From NCBI GenBank assembly GCA_951406725.2, contig OX597824.1, positions 17,856,001 through 17,920,000 of the forward strand: 64,000 nucleotides of DNA, in the 5' to 3' direction. The first letter of the stretch is position 1. Each line of letters starts with the position of its first letter. The position numbers were made by a program, and so were the translations under genes. This DNA comes from Octopus vulgaris (Eukaryota). Under the pieces are notes generated by a model. It saw nothing but the letters and a program-made list of their open reading frames with translations, was not told where the DNA came from and did no database searches. Of the stretch, positions 26,652-39,377 are shown piece by piece.

Positions 26652-27272
26652 GGGGTGCTAGTTTTAGCTCGAGTGCTGCTGGAGTTCCGCCGTTAGCTTT
26701 GCTACATTTCCACTTCAAGAAACCACCATTGGTATATGGCATTTCGTGAATGAGTGATTTTAATGTTGCTGCTCGCATCTGTGTTTCTTGCCTTGTGTAG
26801 ATTCATCCAGAACTATTGACAGGACATGCAGTTTTATCTTGAAATCACCTTTATTCACCCTATGTAGGTCTGTCAGGCTTTTTGGAACGATACTGCAGAG
26901 ACGTGGGCCCTTCAGACTCAAATGGTTTTAATATCTAGTCCTCTGTCCAGATTTCAATGTTGAGATCTTGGTACTTTGTAGTGTCACTACGTGCTCCAAT
27001 TTGTGTAACATTCAAAGCCAATGTTTGGTACAATTCCTTCCAAGATTTTCCAGTTGTATATCACTGCATAGGTTTCCCGCATCCCTTGTAAGGAGTAGAG
27101 TTGTACAATGTTTAGTCTCTCACAGTAGCTGACACGTGATACTAAGACGATCTTTTTTATGTAGCTTTGCTGGATTGCTTTGAGTTCCACCGTTAACTTT
27201 GCACCATATGATGGCCATAATTGAGAACAACAATTTAAACGACTGAGCACAAATGTCCGCCAGAGGGCCATA
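26652..27272 (-). pseudogene. CR1-like LINE ORF2 C-terminus and 3' end, degenerate
   Basis: ALWRTFVLSRLNCCSQLWP..ELKAIQQSYIKKI..SYCERL..QLYSLQ..IYNWKILEGIVPN, then LKGPRLCSIVPKSL..FKIKL; typical post-RT region of CR1/L2-group elements. Confidence 0.85.
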
Positions 27273-27562
27273 CATCTGAATGTTTATATATATATATATA
27301 TGTGTATGCATGCATGTATGTATGTATGTATATATATGTATGTATATGTATGTATATATATATATATAAACCAGCTTAGAGAAGAAGAAGAAACGAAACG
27401 AAACCAAACGAATCGAATCATCGTTTCTCGTTGAGTTCTACGTCTATTTGTGGTGTCCTGTACACACGTATATATATTTATATATGCATGTATATATACA
27501 TGTAGATGTAGGTACGTACATATATGTTTGTATGTATGCATATATCTTATTTATTACACTAT

Positions 27563-27647
<85 letters not shown>

Positions 27648-27648
27648 G

Positions 27649-27935
27649 AAATACAATAAGAGGCTTACAAGTAGGAAAGCCTTGGGCTAGAAAGAGCAGT
27701 AGAAAACTCAAAACCACCAAATAAGGATAACTTTTCGAAAGGAATGTAAATTAAAAACGTTTACCATGTCAATTATTTCCCAGACCATGGTTTCTAACTA
27801 TTTCCAGCAAAAAAATATTTGCTAAAGGTCAGATTCATCGCATTTCTATGTGAATAATATATAGTCTAATGACTAATTCGTTTTTGTGCTAGACCACCGG
27901 TATTAATAATTTCTTATTACCCTATTGCTATTCAT
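27649..27935 (-). mobile_element. Microsatellite-embedded repeat terminus (probable PLE)
   Basis: Homolog of 26371-26444; shares TGCTAGACCAC with 12483; degenerate GAAACCATGGTC motif on minus strand. Confidence 0.5.
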
Positions 27936-27938
27936 TAT

Positions 27939-27975
<37 letters not shown>

Positions 27976-28363
27976 AAACGTAAAAAGTAAAACGAAAAAG
28001 AGTCAAAAGGAAGAGCAGGTACGGTTAGGCAGATTTTTAATAATCACTACAAATGTTTCGATACATATAGATCCATGTATATACAGGATTTAAATTTAAA
28101 TTAAATTATATAACGATTTACCTGTTTAAGAAGATCCATGTCAGGCGATATTTAATTGCTGTCTCCGTAAGTAAATCTAGATTTCGAGCTGAATACACAA
28201 GACTAGAATTGATAGCATACCATAATAATACTAACGGATATTTGGGAATTCTAAGGGTGAACGATCTCTATTCGTATTCTAATACGTTCTTAACAGAACA
28301 CACCTCAACTATATATACATACATTCATACGCACATACATACATACATACATACATACATACA

Positions 28364-28396
<33 letters not shown>

Positions 28397-28399
28397 GTT

Positions 28400-28620
28400 A
28401 TCTTTTATTTGTTATACTACAACCATACTGGGGCTACACCTGAAATGTTTCATGGAATGAATCAACACACTACTTATTTGTGTAGGCTGGCACTTACGCT
28501 ATCGATCACTTTTGCCGAAATGCTAAGTTACGTTGACATACACACACAAAAGCACGCACCAACACCGGTTGTCAAGCGGTGCTGGTGGACAAACACGGAC
28601 ACAAAGTCACTCGCACACAT
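28400..28620 (-). mobile_element. Degenerate SINE A 3' module
   Basis: TTTTGCCGAAATGCTAAGTTACG..CGGTTGTCAAGCG..GGACAAACAC. Confidence 0.65.
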
Positions 28621-28622
28621 AG

Positions 28623-28693
<71 letters not shown>

Positions 28694-28961
28694 GATGATA
28701 ATATGAGGGAATATTATTCCAAACTTACAGGGAAAAATTCAATTTAGAAATACTAAATAAAATTTCTCAAAATATAATATATATATATTCTGTTGTCTCT
28801 GGGGAAAATCATTTTCTTTTTGGAGTTGAAATCGCACTGCTTCCTTTTGTCTGCTATCAGTCTAGAGTGAATGACAACATTTCTGCTCTTGTATATAAAA
28901 TAAGATTCATTTTATTCGATATTAGAATTTCAAAAGAGTTTGATTAATTTTGTTCTTTCTA

Positions 28962-29370
28962 CGAGGTCAGCTGAAGACTTCATAGGCTGACCAAAATACT
29001 TCTATGGAATGTGACTAAATGAGAATTATTTTTCAACAAAATTCCCCTTGCAGTCCACACATTTCTTCCATCGGTGTGGCAGTGCTTAGCTTCCATTGGT
29101 GAAATAAGCTTTCATTCTGTTCGTCAAACTTGTCATCAACAGAAGATATGAAGCCACTTTCATTGCGATACTGGTTCCCAGCCAAGTTTTTTTTCATGTT
29201 AGGGCACCCGATGCGTATCTGATGGAGCCAAATAAGGAGAATGGGCCAAGTGACCAATCAGTTCAATGTAGCTCGTACGGCAGCCACTTGAACAAAGCAT
29301 TTGTGTGCGAATGTAGCGACCAATGTCAGTATGAATGTCCTTGGGAGCTGAACCCATTTTGTGCAGGTAA
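28962..29370 (-). mobile_element. Mariner transposon 3' fragment (pseudogenised transposase)
   Basis: ELIGHLAHSPYLAPSD (YSPDLAPSD motif), NMKKNLAGNQY, and WKKCVDCKGNFVEK* across frameshifts; TA-CGAGG terminus. Confidence 0.8.
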
Positions 29371-29375
29371 TTGAT

Positions 29376-29611
29376 AGGCGAGCTGGCAGAAACGTTAGCA
29401 CGCCGGGCGAAATGCTTAACGGTATTTCGTCTGTCTTTACATTCTGAGATCAAATTCCACCGAGGTCGACTTTGCCTTTCATCCTTTCAGGGTCGATTAA
29501 ATAAGTACCAGTTACGCACTGGGGTCGATATAATCGACTTAATCCGTTTGTCTGTCCTTGTTTGTCCTCTCTGTGTTTAGCAGCTTGTGGGTAGTAAACA
29601 AATAGGTATTT
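29376..29611 (+). mobile_element. SINE family B monomer
   Basis: Head, body and tail; TSD-like AGGTA(A/T)TTGATA on both sides. Confidence 0.9.
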
Positions 29612-30366
29612 GATACAAGTACAATGCCAAATTTTGTTAATTTTCAATAGAAATCGCTGCCAGTTACATCTGGAGTCTTCTTTGAATAGTCAGATATCAG
29701 TTTACCTGGGAATAAACAATGCATTTATTAAGGAAAAACAATTGAAATCAACGCATGCGAGATTTCACCCCTCAAGTGTCACTCCTTTGTAATCAGTCAA
29801 TATAGTCTTCTGCGCCCCCTCGTAACTCGCAAATGAATTCTTGACAGTTTTGGAGGTGCAAAACCGACTATCGTACGCAATTGAGAGTTTTGGACGATGT
29901 TTCCTGGATTAAAAATCAAAAGATTTGTTTGTAATATGTACATCGAAAAGTATAAACTTGGTCATATATATTTCTGGTCGCACAACATGCGTTTAACAAA
30001 TTGTGATTACTTAAAGATTTCAGTGAGTGTAAAGACCACGTTTAGCCCTAAAATTTTTACTTGCCATTTAGTGGTAGGTGTAGCCTATTGTGAGAAACCA
30101 AATTTCATTTATTATGTGTTTCATTACATTCTGTATTTATTACATGCAATCATTTGTATATATTTTGAATAAATAACATTTGTCTCTGTATAAATTGTGA
30201 AAATCCTGTTTATTTCTACTCGACAGAAATTACCTGCCCTCAACAGCACGTACAAATAAAGATCCCTTTCAACAGACAACATATTTTATTGTATGTCTCT
30301 AGCCCTTCTATAAACTAAAGTGACAATATTTCTCTCTTTATTTTTCCTCTTCTAATCTTCATACGA

Positions 30367-30512
30367 TCTGAGTTCAATGTCAGCTGAGGTCGAATTTACC
30401 TTTGATGCTTCCGGAGTCGATAAAATAAAGTACCAGTTGCACACTAGGATCAATATAATCGACTAGCGCCCACCTTCCTGGAATTGCTGGCACTCTCCCA
30501 ACATTCGAGTCC
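30367..30512 (+). mobile_element. Old SINE B fragment
   Basis: TCTGAGTTCAA..GAGGTCGAATTTACC..GTCGATAAAATAAGTACCAG. Confidence 0.7.
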
Positions 30513-30567
30513 ATTATGATTATTATTATTATTATTATTATTATCATTTTCATTATCATTATCATTA

Positions 30568-30637
<70 letters not shown>

Positions 30638-30833
30638 CATCATCATCATACTTAACAAGCAGCAGCTCTAGTATTAGTAGTAGTAGTAGTAGCAGCAGCA
30701 GCAGCAGCAACTATTGTTGTGATTATTGAATGGTAAAAAAAAATATTATTAGATGCAGCTTCCGTTAATATAGCAAAACGCCTAGTTACGAAAACGTGAC
30801 GAAACCATCAAAGAATGTTTAGCTGAATACATG

Positions 30834-30875
<42 letters not shown>

Positions 30876-30986
30876 CATACACACACACACAACCAAACGC
30901 ACACATAATTACACATAAACATACACGCATCATAAATACATACCTACATACATATGAGTGTGTGTGTACATATATGTTCATATATG

Positions 30987-31040
<54 letters not shown>

Positions 31041-31379
31041 TGTGTGTGTGTGGAATAGAGGAATAGAGAGTCAGAGAAAGAAAGAAAGAAAGAAATAAAG
31101 AAAGGAAAAGAGCGAGAGATGAAGTCACATACAGCTTGATAGAGAGAGAGAGATACTCTGAGAAAGAGATGGATTGTAATATATGAGATGAATCAAAAAA
31201 TATATATATACAAAGAAATCAATGTAAACGAATATGCATAAGAAATATATGGAAGACCAAAACAAAATAAAACGGAGAAATTTATTTAAAAAATCACAAT
31301 AAAAATACTATCTTCAAAAAAAGATAAAAAATTAAATACATATATGTGTGCGTGTGTGCTAGTGTTTGTACATCTATAT

Positions 31380-31420
<41 letters not shown>

Positions 31421-31470
31421 AATACATATATATCTCCTGCTGCCAATCTCTTTCTTTCTCTCACACTCTC

Positions 31471-31533
<63 letters not shown>

Positions 31534-32184
31534 ATATGTATGCCTGTATGTATGTATGTGTGTGTATATACGGGTAGAGAGAGTAAGAGAGAGCGGTTTT
31601 GTGGGAAGGAGAGGAGAGAGAGACTGCGATGTTACAACATTGGTTAAGAGTCTAGTACTGTGTTTATTATATATATGCCTAGGTTTTGCGGTTTCTGAAC
31701 AATTCTAGTCGTCCCAACCCACGACCTCCTCTGCATGTAATCGATGCAACATTTGTCCTCTGTCTTCTACTCTGACTTCCTGCAACACATTTTCGTCATT
31801 ATAATAACCATCGTCAAAGCAGATGCTTAAATTATCATTTTCGTTGGAAATCGAGACGTTCATCATCATCATCATTATCATTACCATCATCCTCACCACC
31901 ACCACCACCGACGAAAACAACAACAGCAGCCGTTCAAGCATTTGGACCTAGAGATCTCCATTTCCAGCGACCTCTAGGGCCACCTACCATTGGTGTCGGG
32001 CGTCACCGAAGAGCCCTCGACTACAACAAGACGACCAAAGTTTTTTTATTTTTCCAAGGTCTGGGGTCACCCGCCCCTAAACCCTAGACCATCACCTAAT
32101 CACCATTACCTGTCTTGTTGCTTAACAACAACAATCACCAACATCAGTACTAGCAGCGTTGTCATCTTCATCGTCATCCTCATG

Positions 32185-32590
32185 TCAGAATCGTTAGTGT
32201 TTAGAACGAAACACCTGGCGGTATTTCTCCCCTTTTTAGAATTTTAATTTTTATCTGATTTGGGACACTTCCAAGTTTTGCTTCACCTTTTACTCTTTCG
32301 AATCCATGGTATAACGTATCCATGGAATACGAGGGTCAGTGCTAGCGGATAAGCCAGTCCCCAGATCTGGCAGACCCTGCTTCAACTTTAGTAACCATTT
32401 TCATAGTACTAGCAAAATCTTTAGAGTCACGGACAAAATGCTTGTATTATTTTCTTCAGCTCTTTACGTTCAAATACCACCAATTTCAAATTTGGCTTTA
32501 ATTCTTCGGATTCAGTCAAAGAATTGGATTGAAGATATCGACTCAACACTTGCCACCAAGTTTTATGCTTTGTACCTATGGTTGATGTAA
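32185..32590 (+). mobile_element. Two highly diverged SINE B-like copies
   Basis: CAGAATCGTTAG..GGCGGTATTTC..TTTGCTTCACCTTTTACTCTTTCG remnants. Confidence 0.5.
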
Positions 32591-32720
32591 TTCATATTTG
32601 CTTCGCTTCGGTGATTCCTTTCAAGAATATTTGAACAGAAAATTGAAGAATGCACATTTTACCATCAGTATTCATTGGAACATATTCCTCCCCTGTTATT
32701 CTTGAGTTAAAAATGTATTT

Positions 32721-33043
32721 AAAAAAATTTTTTATGCGCCCTTTTCAAGCCTAGACAGGCTCATGGGCCCGGTTTCCCGGTTTCTGTGGCGTATGTGTCC
32801 CCCCCTCCCAGCTGGATGGGACGCCAGTTCATCGCAGCGTTACCCAAGAAACAGGAAGAAAGAGTGAGAGAAAGTTGGGGCGAAAGAGTACAACAGGGGT
32901 CGCCAGCACCCCCTGCCGGAGCCTCGTGAAGCTTTTAGGTGTTCTCGCTCAATAAGCACGCACAGCGCCCGGTCTTGGAATCGAAACCGCGACCCTCCGA
33001 CCGCGAGTCCGCTGCTCTAACCACTGGGCCATTGAGTCTCCAC
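32721..33043 (-). mobile_element. SINE family C (tRNA-Arg-like head) with tail type 3
   Basis: Head TGGCCCAGTGGTTAG..GGACTCGCGG..GGTTTCGATTCC; 12-bp TSD AAAAATGTATTT at 32709-32720 and 33044-33055. Confidence 0.88.
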
Positions 33044-33583
33044 AAAAATGTATTTGGCGAGACATATTTATTTTTACTCTATCGGCAGTAAAAGTATTAC
33101 TGCAGATTTATATAATTCATATTCACTCCTGTTACAATCTCCTCGGAATGAGCAGAAAGAGTTGCTTCCCCCTGTTCTGGTAACTGTAGCGTCAATACCG
33201 TAACCAAATTTATCTTTTAATTATTTTCAAACATGAAAGCAAATTTGAAACGATGCAGACAATGCGACAAACAAATAGCTAGACAGTGCTCCGGGCATAA
33301 ACACCTATAGTTGCATACTAGGAGACACAAAGGAGAATCGTGTTGTAAATATTAATGTAAAATTGAATTCGGAAGAATAACCACAACGCTATCCCCAAAT
33401 CATCATTTCAACTTTTGCAAATGATGCTCGTCTTAAGAAGCTGGTCAATGTTTCTTTGTACAAAGTGTTTACCGAGATAATAACTGTAAAAGTGAAATAA
33501 GACAGGTGATTTATGGAGATAAACACTTAAAAAGGAATTATCGTGAGTCTTAGCTGATGGTTGGCAGAATATAAGTTTCATAA

Positions 33584-34262
33584 AGGCGGCGAGCTGGCAG
33601 AATCGTTAGCATGCCGGGCGAAATACTTAGCCGTAATTCCACTGCCGCTACGTTCTGAGTTCAAATTCCGCCGAGGTCGACTTTGCCTTTTATCCCTTCG
33701 GGATCGATTAAATAAGTACCAGTTACGCACGTGGATCGATATAATTGACTTAATATGTTTGTCGGTCCTTGTTTGTCCTCTCTGTGTTTAGCCCCTTGTG
33801 GATTATAAAGAAATAGGTATTTCGTCTGCCGTTACGTTCTGAGTTCAAATTCCGCAGCGGTCGACTTTGCCTTTTATCCCTTCGGGATCGATTAAATAAG
33901 TACGAGTTACGCTCGTGGTTCGATATAATTGACTTAATATGTTTGTCGGTCCTTGTTTGTCCTCTCTGTGTTTAAGTCCCTTGTGGGTAATAAAGATATT
34001 GGTATTTCTGGCAGAATATAAGTTTCTTTAAGGCGGCGAGCTGGCAGAAACGTTAGCACGCCGGGCGAAATGCTTAGCGGTATTTCGTCTGTCGTTACGT
34101 TGTGAGTTCAAATTTCGCCGAAGTCGACTTTGCCTTTCATCCTTTCGAGATCGATAAGTTAAGTACCAGTTACGCACTGGGGTCGATGTAATCGACTTAA
34201 TCTCCTTGTCTGTCCTTGTTTGTTCCCTCTCTGTTTAGCCCCTTGTGGGCAATAAAGAAATA
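33584..34262 (+). mobile_element. SINE B dimer plus a second SINE B monomer at the same target
   Basis: Heads at 33584 and 34032; target ATATAAGTTTC present three times. Confidence 0.88.
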
Positions 34263-34482
34263 AGTATATAAGTTTCACCAGTAACGTGGAAGAATATGCC
34301 GAGTTAAGTTCACCTGGGGACCTTCGTCTTAGAAGAGGAATGATTAAATAAGAAAAAGGAATGATAAGCATACATAGAGGTGCCGAAATCACTGATCTGA
34401 AAACTATGACTACAGCTATCACACTTTCTAAGAATCAAAGAACGCAGGCACAAGGAGAGGCCGGGCGAACCAGAGACAATTA

Positions 34483-34699
34483 CGAAGGGGTACTGAAAAG
34501 TTTCTGGTTTTAATGGTGTTTTGAATGGCCAAGTAGGAGGCCCAACTTTCCGAGTTCTTTTATAGGGCTTAAGAAAACTGAAGAACCGCTGCAATAAATG
34601 TGTGAGTCTGAGAGAGTAATATATTGAATAAAATCAAAATTAACCGAACTTCCTTTATTTTCTTTCACTCTAAACCAGGAAATTTTCAGCCCCCTCTCG
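34483..34699 (+). mobile_element. Mariner-derived MITE
   Basis: TIR CGAAGGGGTACTGAAAAGTTTCTGGTTT / AAACCAGGAAATTTTCAGCCCCCTCTCG, TA TSD; homolog at 60241. Confidence 0.8.
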
Positions 34700-35268
34700 T
34701 AATCTCAACGTTTTCAATGGAACCGTTGGGCGATGAGTTAGGTGAAGTGAAAGTCTCTTCGTTCAACACAGTTACAGTCTATGTGAAAGAGTTCCACCCG
34801 ATTGTCTTGCAGTGATGGAGATATAATACTCGGAGACATGTAATGAAAGAAGGAAAAGGGCACGAAAATATGAATGAACCTTGAGGAAAGTAAGTATATG
34901 ACAGGAAACCCTAGCAAAAGCGCAAAACTCTTTTCAATGGTTAAGTTTTACTGGTGAGCTAAGAGCTAACTATAGTCTACATGATCTAACAAAAAACCGA
35001 AAATAGGAAAACAATACTTTACTGAATGAAGAAATAAGAGGGATTGGATAACAAGGAGCCTTGGAATATACATTGGTTGTTCAGGATTATATCGGTAGTT
35101 AGTTGGAGTAGAAGGTGAAAATGTCTTGTATGGAAACTTTTTGATAGAACCTGTGTGTGGAAGTGGTTTGTGTCTCCGCTCCATAGACTAACTTTTTTAA
35201 CACAATTTTAATATATTACTACACTTCACGTCCATTTCCTTCGTGTTTATTACGTTTGTTCATATAAC

Positions 35269-35341
<73 letters not shown>

Positions 35342-35369
35342 TATGTGTGTGTGTGTGGACAAGCAGATG

Positions 35370-35593
35370 TTCTTTTATTTGTTTCAGTCATTTGATAGTG
35401 GCCATGCTGGAGCACCGCCTTTAGTCGAGAAAGTCGACCCCAGGACTTATTTTGGTAAGCCTAGTACTTATTCTATCGGTCTCTTTTGCCGAACCGCTAA
35501 GTTACGGGGACGTAAACACACCAGAATCGGTTGTGAAGTGATGTTGGGGGGACAAACACAGATATTCAAACATATACACACGCGTACATACAT

Positions 35594-35634
<41 letters not shown>

Positions 35635-35785
35635 TACGACGAGCTTCTTTCAGTTTCCGCCTACCAAATCCACTCACAAGAATTTGGTCGGCCCGAGTCT
35701 ATAGTAGAAGACACTTGCCCAAAGTGCCACGCAGTGGGACTGAACCGGGAACCATGTGGCTGGTAAGAAAGCTACATACAACACC
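35370..35785 (-). mobile_element. SINE family A
   Basis: Reverse complement match to head, microsatellite and tail. Confidence 0.88.
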
Positions 35786-36325
35786 GATCACGCATAATTT
35801 CTTTTGAGTAACACTCAACGAACTTATCCAGCTTAATTTGAAACGAGACATACTAACAGTTACATTTAGCTGTCGGGAATTTCGCATGTTAATCCCTTAA
35901 ATCTTACGTATATGGGTTTATACAGCAAAGATGTCAATCTATAACTCTGCATGCGTATGCGTCTTCCTATTATATTTATACAATTATTAGTTTGCTTAAT
36001 TTCTTTACTTTATTAATAATATTTCACTACACGAATATTTATTGCATTTCGTCAGATCGGATTAAAATCTCATATATTTTTTTTTTCGTCACGTCTGATT
36101 CATTTTGTAGTATAAGATCAAAATCTTTGTAAAAATGCTAAAATGTGACCTGTCTGTTGAAAGAACGAGAAGCTGATGAACATTATTATTATTATTACGG
36201 GATTACAACATTGAAAAATCCTGCAAAATATTTAGCAGCAATATATATATATAAATGTGCCTGTTTGTGTATGTGTGTAGCGTGTGTGTGTATGTGTATT
36301 GCCTGTATGTATATTTGTGTATATA

Positions 36326-36378
<53 letters not shown>

Positions 36379-36737
36379 GAGAGAGGTGAGAGATAAGGAG
36401 GGTGAGATATACAAATTTATACACAAGCACACACATGTATATATGCAAATATTGCTACATGTATACATGAACACGTGTATTAGTACAACACAATTTATAT
36501 AAGGAATTGGAAATTCAAGACTAAGAGTTTCTGGTTGTTACTGCATTAAACTCAGTGAAGTATTACGTTAAGGAGTAAATACATAAATAACAACTTTAAT
36601 AACTTGATTACCGAGATGTGCTTAGAGTGACAATCACTTCTAGGTCAGTGACACACAGATATTGTAATTTAATTTTAAATATATGCCAACATGTGTACAT
36701 AGTTATTCATATAAATAAGTAAATATATATGCATGTA

Positions 36738-37162
36738 GTGGGTAGCGATTTTCTTCACTACTTCAGGGAGTGGACGACCCTTCCTGAAACGAGTCCCGGG
36801 CTCAGCTGGTTCTGGCTGACAGTATCCGGTATGGGCCCCTATCCTGAGTTACGGAAAGGAGACAACGTTCAAAGAAATCCGGATTGGAGTCCCGTAAGCG
36901 GTTTAGTGTTCGACTCGACACTCTTCCGGCAGCTCCTGCAACCAAGCTGGTGCCAAACGTAATGCTCTGCAATCCTTTAGACTACGTCAGCAAGGTCGAG
37001 AGAGGAATCCTGACGATTGGGCTACCCAGGATTTTCTTACAACTTGCCCATGCCTTCGCAAAACTGGAGAGGAAACTGGAGAGGACATGAAATGTAAAAA
37101 CCAGACTGGGTTAGTTTATGCGCAACTCCATTGTTTCCCAAGACAAAGGGATGCCAACAACA
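36738..37162 (+). mobile_element. Internally deleted (bipartite) RTE-type non-autonomous retrotransposon
   Basis: 11-bp TSD ATATGCATGTA at 36727-36737 and 37163-37173; 3' end CCATTGTTTCCCAAGACAAAGGGATGCC(AAC)n is RTE-like; GC-rich 5'UTR-like body. Confidence 0.7.
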
Positions 37163-37304
37163 ATATGCATGTATGTTAAAAAAAAATTGTAGTCTCTGAC
37201 CTTTTCTTCTTGGATGGATGGTCATTTACTCTGAGTTAATTCGCCCTTTGAGAGGTTTTATATTTCGACTTGCAGGGTCTCCAACGGAAACCCTTTCCAA
37301 TGCT

Positions 37305-37800
37305 GGGCGTATTTTGTGGCTGGCCTTGCGCCAAAATTTGAAACCAGTATAAATTAATATCGACTTCAGATTGTTGTGCAAGGACAGGAAGTTGGAGGCA
37401 GAAGGTAAGTCGATTACATCGAATAACAGTGTTGTACTGGTATTTATTTTATCGACCCCGAAACGATGAAAATAAAGGCGAACTCGTCGGAATTCGAACT
37501 CAGAATGTAAAGTCGTGAGAAACGCCACTAAGCATTTTTGCCCGGCGTGTATTTTTACCGCCTTATATATAGATTAATATTACATAACATCAAGGCTGTG
37601 AGATGGCTGATATGTTAATACGGCGGGGAAAATTGCTTAGCGGCATTTTGTCCGTTTTTATGGTCTGAGTTGATAATGTTGCCAAGGTTGAATTTAAATT
37701 TCAACCCTTCGGGGTCGATAAAATAAGTACCAGTTGAAGACTGGGGTCAATTTGATCGACTTATTCCCTCTCCTGGCCTTGTACCAAAATTTGAATCCAA
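37305..37800. mobile_element. Two old SINE B copies, head to head (37305-37562 minus, 37593-37800 plus)
   Basis: Core GGGGTCGATAAAATAAGTACCAG on both strands with the older tail. Confidence 0.75.
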
Positions 37801-38806
37801 TATTACATAACCTTTTTATTTTCACTTTTCATATCTGTTTCTATGCGATGAGTAAGATCGTTTAATTTTGGAATATTGTGTACTCGTTGTTCATGAACAC
37901 GCATTGTATAAGAGGCCCCCACTTGTTTATGATCTATTTCCTGTATATATTTCCATTTTTGCCGATTGCCCTTAGCATGACTAATCGAAAATTTTCAGTA
38001 ATTGACTGATGGTGCCATTCTATAAATTCTACCACGTAAAATATATAAATCTTGACTAAATGGAATGTTCTTTGTTTTTCGCTATTTGCTTTTGTATTTA
38101 ACAGATCTTCAGTGCTGACAACCTTACCTTTCTTTTCATAAATAATGAGTGAATAAAATAGAACACACACCAGGAAATAAATACACTTAAAATGCCAGAT
38201 GTTGCAAAAGAAAAGAAAAAAATATATGTAACAGTGAAGTATGCAAAAGGAAATACGTATGACGGAACGACATAAATGACAGAGAAATCTAAAGATACAC
38301 GAATTTCTAAAGAAAATGAGAATACTATTGTATTCTGCGACATTTCGAAAACTTACATGAGAACTATTTATTCGATATCACATGTGATAATCTTTTTATC
38401 AGTTACGTAGTTATGCAGCGGATTTCAGAATGCTGAGTATATAATGATACACATGAGTGGCAAGTTTATTAAGTGCAGTGGTATATCTAGATATAATTGT
38501 ATAATAGAGCTGTTAGTACACAGTAAATGGTTTAGTACTGTTTGACGTTTAGTGTTTGAAATATAGTTCACGTTCGTAATATTGGACTTGCAGCATTATT
38601 GACGGATGAATCTTTGGTTTCAGTTTGTAATGTATATACGAAGTAGTGGCTACAAGAATTCCCTACTGTAGGCTCCGATTCGTTAATCATATCTAGAAAT
38701 TGTTTTCTAGATGTACCGTTATGTTTTATTAAAACAAGCTGAGGAAGGAAATATTTTACCATTATTTTATATGATTTAAAAGTCTAATGAGATCAAAATC
38801 ACTGAT

Positions 38807-38952
38807 AATACAGTTCTATATTTAAGAGATGAGGAATTATGTACATTATTTATATTATTTACATTATTTACATTCGAGGGATGTTTGTCTTCATCTTGTT
38901 TGTTGATAACACAACGTTTCGGTTGATATACCCTCCGGCCGTCTTCAGGTGA
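38807..38952 (-). mobile_element. 146-bp Penelope-like insertion with hammerhead motif
   Basis: 12-bp TSD AAAATCACTGAT at 38795-38806 and 38953-38964. Confidence 0.75.
38910..38951 (-). ncRNA. Minimal type I hammerhead ribozyme candidate
   Basis: CAC-CUGAAGA-CGGCCGGAGGGUAUAUCAACC-GAA-ACGU-U-GUG: stem I CAC/GUG, palindromic ACGU stem III, stem II partly decayed. Confidence 0.55.
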
Positions 38953-39377
38953 AAAATCACTGATGTTCAGCTAAAAATATTTGTAAATCTCTGATGGTAG
39001 AAGGAGTAAATATGTAAGAATGTAAACATGTGTGATTATATGGCTTGAAAGTTCAAAGGGAGGTGGAATTGGTGAAAAATGTGAATTTTTAATTATTTTC
39101 TGAGATTTTACAAAAACAACAAAAATATTTTTTTAATTTTCTTAGTAGGCAGTCTGGAGGATGAAAATGAATAACACATTCGGCGTTGGAGGAATTCTCC
39201 AAAAGGAAAATATACAGATAACTTGTTCATCGCAACAGCGTCCTCAGATATACTAACGATGAAATGCAAATAGCGATGTGACAGTTCGTATGTGAATAGA
39301 GAGTTCGTGAGTACTATTTTGGTAATAACGAGATTGGCCTTCTCCGGAAAATGCGGGCATTCTTGGGTTCTCATCAG

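Noticed and set aside
27778-27850. Hammerhead-like GCGAUGA...GAAACCAUGGUC on the minus strand
   Set aside because: Palindromic stem III is present, but the core is not CUGANGA and stem I does not pair; at best a decayed PLE motif.
28040-28175. Hammerhead-like CGAAACAUUUGUA on the minus strand
   Set aside because: No intact CUGANGA at a position that closes stems I and II.
31777-32086. ~100-codon plus-strand open frame with RHRR motif
   Set aside because: No start codon or credible acceptor, and much of it is trinucleotide repeat.
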